Shown here: positions 56,445 to 64,000 of the stretch, piece by piece
How the letters are laid out: each line of letters opens with the position of its first letter
How positions within the stretch are numbered: position 1 is the first letter of the stretch
IMG/VR virus record: IMGVR_UViG_3300033562_002694
From: a virus
Length of the DNA: 64,000 nt
Direction: 5' to 3' (one strand)
Translations under genes and position numbers: made by a program
Notes under the pieces: generated by a model
Database searches by the model: none
The model's input: the letters and a program-made list of their open reading frames with translations, nothing else
What the model was told of the DNA's origin: nothing

Positions 56445-57020
56445 TTATCCAAATAATTTCTTTAACAAAATTAAAACATCACTATCAAGTTTTGTAGATA
56501 TTCCGTATGAAATAAATTCATCATAAAAAAGATGTAATGTTTGTGGATTAATTTCTCCTTTTAAATGACGACCACAACTCAAAAACGAATAATTATTATT
56601 TGATTTAAGAAGAGCTTTTAATTCATCAATAAGTTCTTCATTTGTTTCTTCGTACTCTTCAGTATTGGCTTCGTTTTCTTCTGCGATTCTTGCTTCTTCT
56701 GCGATTCTTGCTTCTTCTGCGATTCTTGTTTCTTCTGCGATTCTTGCTTCTTCTGCGATTCTTGCTTCTTCCTCAAGTTTTGCTTCTTCTTCTGCAATTT
56801 TTAATTTTTCTTCGTCAATTATTAATTCAGTAACAACTGGAGTTTCTTCAACTGGAGTTTCTTCAACTGGAGTTTCTTCAACTGGAGTTTCTTCAACTGA
56901 AGTTTCTTCAACTGGAGTTTCAACTATTTTTTGCATTGTATCAAAAGTTTCTTCAATTTTTGTTTCTGTTTTTTTGAGAGCTTGTTTTGCCATTGTGTTT
57001 GTTTTTAAATTAATGAACAA
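56445..57020 (-). CDS. Acidic repeat protein (VEETP x5, AEEARI x~6)
   Basis: Tandem 15-bp and 18-bp coding repeats. Confidence 0.7.
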   Translation of the reverse strand: MFINLKTNTMAKQALKKTETKIEETFDTMQKIVETPVEETSVEETPVEETPVEETPVEETPVVTELIIDEEKLKIAEEEAKLEEEARIAEEARIAEETRIAEEARIAEEARIAEENEANTEEYEETNEELIDELKALLKSNNNYSFLSCGRHLKGEINPQTLHLFYDEFISYGISTKLDSDVLILLKKLFG

Positions 57021-57075
57021 AAATATTTTATATTATATTTATCCTTTTTTCATAGGGAAAATAAGCTGAGTTATT

Positions 57076-57693
57076 TTAAAATTTTCCTGAACTTCCAAGT
57101 CCACCAATTCTATTTACTCGACGATTTATTATTTCCGGATTAATATCCCACATTTCTTCAGATATTTCTTCCATTTCTTCAATGAATTGACCTTTAATCA
57201 GAATTATTTGAGCTGTTTTTTCATTTGGTTCCAAAGTAATTGGTTTATCACTTAAAAGATGAATTTGAATGGTCATTCCATAAGTGAAATTTTCATCAAT
57301 TAAACCTTTAATCGAAGTAAATCTGTTGTTAAAATTAGAACTTTTTGAACGTAAATCAACATAATATCCTTCAGGAATTAAAATACCAATACCGGAAGGA
57401 ATATTAATATCATTATAAATTCGATATTTATTATTGAAATAACTTAAAATTTCAATACCATTTAAAAATATTGTAAATTCGGCAATCAAAGATTTCGTAT
57501 TAATATCTTCAATACCAGTTCTTGCAATTGTTCCTGGATTTTTTTCTAATAATGCATTAATAAATTCTCTTGTTGGTAGTGGCATATAAACATCAACACC
57601 AATACTGTGATAAAGAGCATTTTTTTCTTTTTCGTTCTGATTAAGTCCCAATGGTTCTTTAACAGGAAAAAATTTACGAAATTGTAATTTCAT
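57076..57693 (-). CDS. dut: dUTPase (trimeric type)
   Basis: GVDV, IPSGI, RSKSS, GLIDENF, AQII, RIGGLGSSG motifs. Confidence 0.88.
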   Translation of the reverse strand: MKLQFRKFFPVKEPLGLNQNEKEKNALYHSIGVDVYMPLPTREFINALLEKNPGTIARTGIEDINTKSLIAEFTIFLNGIEILSYFNNKYRIYNDINIPSGIGILIPEGYYVDLRSKSSNFNNRFTSIKGLIDENFTYGMTIQIHLLSDKPITLEPNEKTAQIILIKGQFIEEMEEISEEMWDINPEIINRRVNRIGGLGSSGKF

Positions 57694-57726
57694 GATGGTT
57701 TTGATTATTAATTATTAATTATTGGA

Positions 57727-59247
57727 TTAATTATTTGAAATTCTTTTGTTTAACTCATTTTTCAATTTCGGCAAAATATTCAAATAAATATCATTTGCAT
57801 GTCCTTGAAATATATTTCTTTGTGACAAAAGTTTCTTTTCGATTCGAGTATATAATGAGTCTGTTGTTACATCATAAATTCGACCTGTTGGAGCTAAAGC
57901 ATACCCCATTTTTTTGTATTTTAACCATTTTTGATTTTCTTCTTCGTTTATTGGAATACCATCATTATTGGTTTTTATTAAATCTATTTTTGCTTCAGGA
58001 CTTAATCCCATTGTAATCATTGCGTTTGGATAAAGTGCTTTATAATCTTCACCAATAACAGATTCAACAATCTTTTTTAATGGAGGTTTTACATAACCAC
58101 CAGCATACTTTCTTGCAACATTTTTTGTTTTTTCAGATGCTAACAAAAACCGATTATTACTTCTTAACTCTTGATAAACAAGTGCTTCGGAAATACTATT
58201 TTGTGATAATTTCAAATAAGGTACTCCAGTATAAAAAGACTGAAAAAAGTCAACAGTAAGTAAATTGGTTATTTTATGAATTAACATAACCAAAATCGTA
58301 TCTATGAAAGAATAACCAATAAATTTAAGATAATTTTCAACATATAATGTTCTCAAATTACCATCGTATTTTACTTTATGTAGTTTCAAAATTAGTTCCG
58401 CAATATTATCAAGCGAATAAGAACCAAGATTATTATAAATAAGTGAATTTTGAAACAAAAACATGTAATCTGCAATAACACGATGACTCGGAAGTTTTAA
58501 TTCTATTTTCGTGCTATCATTAATATCAATTGATTTATTTGTTAATTTTCTTGTTGGAGATGCTTTTTTAACATCGATACCTATTTTTTGACAACGATTG
58601 AAAATATATTGCCAATCATAAATTAAAAAATTCCACCCTATTGTTAAATGAAAATAATTATTGATACATTCAAGAAATACATTAAGCATTTCACTTTCAG
58701 TATCAAATATTCGAATATTATAATTATATTCATGTAAAACATAATGTTGTTTCAAAGAATCTTTGATAATACTATCAATATATCCTTTGTCTATATCATT
58801 TATTTCTGGATGAAGTGGATTTTTTACTATAAAGAGAATAGAATTTAATTCTTTATCGGTTATACATATCGATGTTATTGGATTTTCAGCTTTTTCTTGA
58901 TCAGAATATCCAAATTCATCTGTTGGCATAACTTCAATATCAACCGAAAATGGATTTGGTTCAGAAATTTTAGAAACTTTTTCATGAAAATCCGGATAAT
59001 TGGTTGGTATTTCATGCATGAAAAATTCATTCACATTATGGTGTGAAAAATATTTTGCACTTTCTGCTTTTATCGGACTGTTTTTAAAACTTCTTAAATC
59101 AGGTATTTTATTTGGGTCATATTCATCACATTCAACATATGAATAATATCCTTTTTTTAAGATTAGTTCTTCAACAGTTATTTGATTTTTATTGTCAACA
59201 TATGAAATATCGATTGCGTCTTTTTTCTGAGTGAATTCAATTATCAT
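57727..59247 (-). CDS. Family B DNA polymerase, N-terminal subunit (3'-5' exonuclease plus motif A)
   Basis: VDIEV (ExoI), GWNFLIYDWQYI (ExoII), YSLDNIA, YSFIDT (ExoIII), YAGGYV, DYKALYPNAM (motif A). Confidence 0.9.
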   Translation of the reverse strand: MIIEFTQKKDAIDISYVDNKNQITVEELILKKGYYSYVECDEYDPNKIPDLRSFKNSPIKAESAKYFSHHNVNEFFMHEIPTNYPDFHEKVSKISEPNPFSVDIEVMPTDEFGYSDQEKAENPITSICITDKELNSILFIVKNPLHPEINDIDKGYIDSIIKDSLKQHYVLHEYNYNIRIFDTESEMLNVFLECINNYFHLTIGWNFLIYDWQYIFNRCQKIGIDVKKASPTRKLTNKSIDINDSTKIELKLPSHRVIADYMFLFQNSLIYNNLGSYSLDNIAELILKLHKVKYDGNLRTLYVENYLKFIGYSFIDTILVMLIHKITNLLTVDFFQSFYTGVPYLKLSQNSISEALVYQELRSNNRFLLASEKTKNVARKYAGGYVKPPLKKIVESVIGEDYKALYPNAMITMGLSPEAKIDLIKTNNDGIPINEEENQKWLKYKKMGYALAPTGRIYDVTTDSLYTRIEKKLLSQRNIFQGHANDIYLNILPKLKNELNKRISNN

Positions 59248-59416
59248 TATTGAAAATTATTGGTGAAAAAATTATTTTTTTTCTGCGATCATTTTTTCAT
59301 AAGAATCATGATCGTGTTTGTGTTTATTCATGTCTTCAAAAAGATTTGTAATAATAGGTTCCTGTTTTTTTTCTTCTGGAACTATTTTTTTATCAATTTG
59401 TTCTTGATTTTCCATT

Positions 59417-60214
59417 TTATAAAATTTTATTTGCTTGAATTAAAATATCGGCAGTAACATTATCGAACGAACACAGAACATCTATATTCATCGAATCAAC
59501 AATTTCAAAAGGAGTTGGAATTATTTTATTATTAGATTCTTGTGGATTGATTATATCATATATCCTCATAAAACTAAAAATATAAGTTGAAGAAAATTGA
59601 TGGTTTATTCGATTTTTACCTTTCATTAAATTTACAGTAAAAATATTAAAACGATTAGACAAAACTAATGATAATGTCAAATCCAAATTAATAATTTTTT
59701 CTATAAAACTAACTGTACCAATTTTTACAATTTCTCCGGGTTCTTTCAAATTATTTGGCAATGAAATAAAATTATCATCAGTTGCAACCAAATATTTTCC
59801 AGCAAAATATTTCCAATTAAGTCCATCAAAAATAAATGTAATATCTAATGGTTTAACAGTAACAATATTTCCAGCAACTGAATTAGTTGCATTTAGAATA
59901 TTGTTTAAATTACCATAATTTATTTCTAAAACAGTTACTTGTTGAACTATTCCAGCAATTATAGCTTGTAATAAAGGAATTGGAGTTGTTAAATCTTTTC
60001 CAAAATAATAATGATTACCTATATTACCATTTATTTCTGATTCTTCAACAAAAAATATTAAACCATCATATCTTATTGATAAAGGCAATTCAGTATTTAT
60101 TGTCAATAAACTATTAACAATAAAACGTGAATCAATTGGTATATTTTTTGAAATACGAAAATTATTGAAAATTTCTCGTTCGGTTTTTCTATTTTCTATT
60201 GCAGATGTTTCCAT
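59417..60214 (-). CDS. Putative tail/virion structural protein
   Basis: 265-aa beta-rich ORF in a cluster with similar genes. Confidence 0.5.
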   Translation of the reverse strand: METSAIENRKTEREIFNNFRISKNIPIDSRFIVNSLLTINTELPLSIRYDGLIFFVEESEINGNIGNHYYFGKDLTTPIPLLQAIIAGIVQQVTVLEINYGNLNNILNATNSVAGNIVTVKPLDITFIFDGLNWKYFAGKYLVATDDNFISLPNNLKEPGEIVKIGTVSFIEKIINLDLTLSLVLSNRFNIFTVNLMKGKNRINHQFSSTYIFSFMRIYDIINPQESNNKIIPTPFEIVDSMNIDVLCSFDNVTADILIQANKIL

Positions 60215-60226
60215 TGTCAGAATATT

Positions 60227-61285
60227 TTATTTTTCAAAAGATAATTTGAAACGCATATTTTGTTCGAATATTCCTAAATTTATTTGATATTTAAAATATT
60301 CAATATCATTTAGGATAATAATTTCATTGTTTGTATAAACAATTAACCAATCAATAATTAATTGAGTTTTTGAATAACAGGTTAATTCCTCAATCCCATT
60401 ATTTTCAATACTAAGAAATAATTCCAAATATATATTGTAATTTTTAATTTCATTCGTATTTGCAATATATTCTTTAGGAATTAATATATCAAAAATTCCT
60501 TCAATTCCGTTAGGAATTAATTTTGTATTTATATATTCGAAATCAGTAATAAAATCAATTTCATCAACATTTGTTTCAACAACATATGTTGGTATTCCTT
60601 CTTCTTCACGTATTGTTGAAATAATTGGACTTGGTAAACAATTAAAAAAATTATTGAAATTTTGTGTTATATCCACTATTAAATTATATAATAATCCGAA
60701 ACCATTTTCAATATAATAATCCCCATATGAATCTTGTTTCGCAATTGTGATTGGATTATATAATTTTTCAAAAGAAAATACCATATTTGGTACTAAAACA
60801 AAAGTTAGTAATTGTTTTGTCCCCGAAAGTATGCTACTTGTTACTACATTAGTTATTGGATTTAATACTTTTATGATATAATCATTTGTTGAAGTTCTAT
60901 CATTATCTAATGTTTCACAATCAAAAAGTAATTGAATTTCCTGATCATAAAAAACATTATGTTTGCCATTAATAAATGATAAATTTTTATTTGAAACAAT
61001 ATCACAATTTTTTAATATTGGATTTGTATATAATGGCAATATTCTCGGGAAAAACAAATCATCAAATAATTGTTTGAATGTTTTTTCGAACGTATTTAAT
61101 ATTAATGGAAATTGAAAAGGATTTTGATAAGTGTTTGCTTTTTCAGTATCATATTTCCCTGTATTATCAACATATTCTTTATTTGCGATATGTTTTAAAT
61201 CTTCAGGTGTATCAACTTTTGCATTTATGATTTTGTTATTACGAAAATCAAATGAACGAAATATTTTTAGAATTTTTTTATCCAT
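60227..61285 (-). CDS. Putative tail-fibre-associated protein
   Basis: N-terminal NKIINAKVDTPEDLKHIANKEYVD resembles a common tail-fibre repeat. Confidence 0.5.
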   Translation of the reverse strand: MDKKILKIFRSFDFRNNKIINAKVDTPEDLKHIANKEYVDNTGKYDTEKANTYQNPFQFPLILNTFEKTFKQLFDDLFFPRILPLYTNPILKNCDIVSNKNLSFINGKHNVFYDQEIQLLFDCETLDNDRTSTNDYIIKVLNPITNVVTSSILSGTKQLLTFVLVPNMVFSFEKLYNPITIAKQDSYGDYYIENGFGLLYNLIVDITQNFNNFFNCLPSPIISTIREEEGIPTYVVETNVDEIDFITDFEYINTKLIPNGIEGIFDILIPKEYIANTNEIKNYNIYLELFLSIENNGIEELTCYSKTQLIIDWLIVYTNNEIIILNDIEYFKYQINLGIFEQNMRFKLSFEK

Positions 61286-61295
61286 GATTAGAAAT

Positions 61296-61973
61296 TTATT
61301 TAATGTTTATACAACCTGAAACTTGGACAGATAATTCATCATTTTCAAAAAAGCTTATTTCGTATGCTATTCCATTATTTGCAGGTAAATCTTCTCTTTT
61401 GATAACAGAAACATCAACAACTTCCATATTTATCAATTGAGCCAAATTTGTTACAGGGTCTATAACAATAGCTCCAAGTCCATCATACACAAAATCACCT
61501 AAAATTACTTCAAATTTAGGATTTCGCATTTCAGTATAAATAATTATAGATGAAATATTTGAAAATAAATATCGATATGTTTCTGTTTCTCCACTAATAC
61601 ATAACCAATATTCTTCATAATCTGATGGATTAAATTCTAATGGGACTGGTACTTTGGCAGCATAAAGTTTGCCATTTTGATAAATACAATCACCTGGTTG
61701 ATATGTATTTTCAGGTATATATGGTGTAATTACAATTCTTGCTGATTCTTTTTTCCAATTAATTAATTCTGTTCCTGTGCCATTATCTAAATAATAATTA
61801 CATTTATCCGATTTAACCCAAACACGTTTATGATTGAAATGATATTGTGAATCAAGTAAAATTAAATCCGAAACAAATTCAACCATTGATCCTTTTTCAA
61901 GAGGACCTTTAAATATACACTCTAATTGGGTGAGCTGTGGTTGCGGAACAGATAATGTGGTTATTTCAGCCAT
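61296..61973 (-). CDS. Putative virion protein with CBM5/12-like segment
   Basis: YQPGDCIYQNGKLYAAK...P..YW pattern. Confidence 0.5.
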   Translation of the reverse strand: MAEITTLSVPQPQLTQLECIFKGPLEKGSMVEFVSDLILLDSQYHFNHKRVWVKSDKCNYYLDNGTGTELINWKKESARIVITPYIPENTYQPGDCIYQNGKLYAAKVPVPLEFNPSDYEEYWLCISGETETYRYLFSNISSIIIYTEMRNPKFEVILGDFVYDGLGAIVIDPVTNLAQLINMEVVDVSVIKREDLPANNGIAYEISFFENDELSVQVSGCINIK

Positions 61974-62085
61974 GATTTGGTTTATTTAAAAATTCTAAAT
62001 AATTAGGAATTTTGATATAGTTGAATTATATATTATGAACGAAAAAATCTAAAATTAATCAGATTTTTTCGTTCATAAATTAAAT

Positions 62086-62679
62086 TTAATTATCCCAATA
62101 ATCGAAAAAATCTTGAGTTGAATAATCACTAATAGAAAGATGTGTGTTATTTATAAAAAGTTCATCACATAACCATTTGCTAATGTCTGAAATTTTTGGT
62201 AAACGAGAAGGAGTATATTCAAAACAATTTTCATAAATAAATTCATAATTTTTCTCAACCCATTCTATTATTTCTGGAGTTGATCTCCTATCGACTCTTC
62301 CTTTTTTTCCCTTTATGCTCATATTATTATCATCAACATCAGGAATAAGTGCTGGAGTAAGATTGTATTTTATTTGATCATTTTTTACAAGCGCATCAAC
62401 AACATTATTTATCATAATTTTACGAACTTGTCCAATAATGTTATTAAGATCTTGACGAGTATAATTCAATACTTTTGTCCTTGCATAAAGTTCAATACGA
62501 TAAAGTAATTCGGTATAAACACCTCTCCAATTTTCTTTAGCTAAATTTTCAAATAATTTTTTTTTGCCAGGAGAAGTTATTTGTTTAATTCGGGATATAA
62601 ATTCATCTTTATTATCCCTAACGTTTGATATTTTTATTGAAGTTGCCATAGTTTTTATGTTTTTATTTGTTCGTTTCAA
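62086..62679 (-). CDS. Hypothetical protein
   Basis: 197-aa ORF followed by a hairpin at ~62034-62076. Confidence 0.7.
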   Translation of the reverse strand: MKRTNKNIKTMATSIKISNVRDNKDEFISRIKQITSPGKKKLFENLAKENWRGVYTELLYRIELYARTKVLNYTRQDLNNIIGQVRKIMINNVVDALVKNDQIKYNLTPALIPDVDDNNMSIKGKKGRVDRRSTPEIIEWVEKNYEFIYENCFEYTPSRLPKISDISKWLCDELFINNTHLSISDYSTQDFFDYWDN

Positions 62680-62753
62680 TTTTAAATAAATTAAGAATCA
62701 ACGAGAATAAATCCCGTTGATTCTTAATTTTTACTAACATCGGATTTTAAACA

Positions 62754-63986
62754 TTAAAGAGTTGCCATCAAGGCCTTAATGTCATAGTTAGCACTCAGGG
62801 AAGTTGCAGGAAGTTCTTGTTCAATAAATTCCTGTTCAGCACCAAAATTCTGCTGAATTGTTTGTTGTACAGCAAATTGCATGGGAGTTCCAGAAGCAAC
62901 TTGTTCCATAATTTGTTGCTTAATGATTTCCTGTTGCATAGGTTTGATTGCAAGACCAGATACGGCACTGTTTAATGCTTCGCTGATATTCATTCCCTTA
63001 GCAATATTTGCTTCAATAGCTGCATGTGTTTTGCTAAGTAACAGTGCTTTTTTGTTAATAGCTGTTGAACTTAAATTATCATAAGTACCAAGCCTTGCGC
63101 GTAATTCCTTAATTTTTGCGCTATTCTTTGAAATCATAGAACGCAAAGATAATTTCTTTCCTTGATCAGTTGTTTTTGAAAGATTTGCAAGATAAATACC
63201 ATTTTTTGATGAAAGAGTTCTGATAGCATCTTCAAGTTTAGCTTTTCTTTCACGAATAATTGCATTATTTTCTTTACCACCTTTTGAAATTCCACCCATT
63301 TCCTTATATTGGTTTAATTCCATTGATGTTGTAAAAGCAGTATCTTCAAGTTCTCTGCGTTCAGTTTTTAACTTATTCAGTTTCTTGTTTGCTTTTGATT
63401 TTAATTCACCAAGAATTTTAGCAGGTGTACGGCGAATCTGTTTTTTCTTGTTTACTTTTTCCTTACGTTCAGCTGTTTTTTCTTCAACAGGACGAGCGGC
63501 ACTAGCACCAAGCATTACAGTAATATACATACCTCCACCAAGTTTGTATTCTTTACGAACGGCAGTATCAAAAGTAAGAGCAACCGATTTACCGGAAACA
63601 ATTTCATTTGTTGTTCCTTCTTCACCAGTACTTGTTTCCTGTGGTAAAAGTAAAATTGTTAAAATATTGTCAGCATTTGTGAAAGAGGCACCATCTTCAG
63701 GAGATAAACCACCAACAAAAGTTTCAACATCTTCACGGGCTTTTAAATTAAAATCGGCAAAGTTTTTGTAACCGGAAATTTTGAAATTTGCGGCTTTTTT
63801 CAAACCTTTTGCACCTTTTTTTGCATATACTGTTGAATACAATACAGTTGCAAGTTTCGACATTACATCGGGGCGTCCAATAATTGTTTGTAATACAGCG
63901 GCTTGAATACCGTGTCCAGCGAGAACTGCTCTTGGGTTCTCTTTGATTTCCTCAACAACGTTGAGAACGAATTCTTTTCTTGTCAT
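62754..63986 (-). CDS. Hypothetical Lys/Ala-rich, probably highly expressed protein
   Basis: 410 aa, capsid-like codon bias, own terminator at ~62694-62726. Confidence 0.75.
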   Translation of the reverse strand: MTRKEFVLNVVEEIKENPRAVLAGHGIQAAVLQTIIGRPDVMSKLATVLYSTVYAKKGAKGLKKAANFKISGYKNFADFNLKAREDVETFVGGLSPEDGASFTNADNILTILLLPQETSTGEEGTTNEIVSGKSVALTFDTAVRKEYKLGGGMYITVMLGASAARPVEEKTAERKEKVNKKKQIRRTPAKILGELKSKANKKLNKLKTERRELEDTAFTTSMELNQYKEMGGISKGGKENNAIIRERKAKLEDAIRTLSSKNGIYLANLSKTTDQGKKLSLRSMISKNSAKIKELRARLGTYDNLSSTAINKKALLLSKTHAAIEANIAKGMNISEALNSAVSGLAIKPMQQEIIKQQIMEQVASGTPMQFAVQQTIQQNFGAEQEFIEQELPATSLSANYDIKALMATL

Positions 63987-64000
63987 TTTGTTTTTGGATT

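Noticed and set aside
56642-57069. Plus-strand repeat ORFs
   Set aside because: Antisense shadows of the AEEARI/VEETP repeats.
54114-59247. Split intein joining the polymerase halves
   Set aside because: No Cys/Ser-initiated intein block at the end of the N-half and no His-Asn/+1 nucleophile near the start of the C-half.
1-64000. Alternative genetic code (TAG=Gln or TGA=Trp)
   Set aside because: All conserved genes are intact under code 11, the tRNA anticodon is TTG not CTA, Trp is encoded by TGG, and TGA terminates several genes. Only one in-frame TGA was seen.

Overview
64 kb of a very AT-rich, T4-like (myovirus-type) large or jumbo bacteriophage genome using the standard genetic code. 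The host is possibly Bacteroidota (inference from A-rich starts lacking Shine-Dalgarno motifs and the tRNA style). Positions 1-27.9 kb are mostly + strand: class II ribonucleotide reductase with a mini-intein, lytic transglycosylase, SLOG, dCMP deaminase, DHH phosphoesterase, NAD-dependent ligase, DinG helicase, a tRNA-Gln and many small early-type ORFs. Positions 27.9-64 kb are - strand: an RpoD-sized sigma-like factor, a kinase, a head module (capsid, poly-Q scaffold, protease, portal, gp2- and gp4-like), baseplate/tail genes, a gp55-like sigma, a split family-B DNA polymerase, a putative clamp and dUTPase. Three non-coding signals stand out. (1) A 2.7 kb locus of three clusters of three 93-96 bp inverted-repeat units with helically phased ACGCACCRGT boxes, wrapped around two divergent genes that share an identical promoter/leader and homologous 3' ends. 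(2) A ~460 nt highly structured, pseudoknotted putative ncRNA upstream of the tRNA. (3) Fifteen copies of a bipartite CYTATA-N15-GGATATA promoter-like motif. All family assignments come from motif recognition by eye; no database searches were run.
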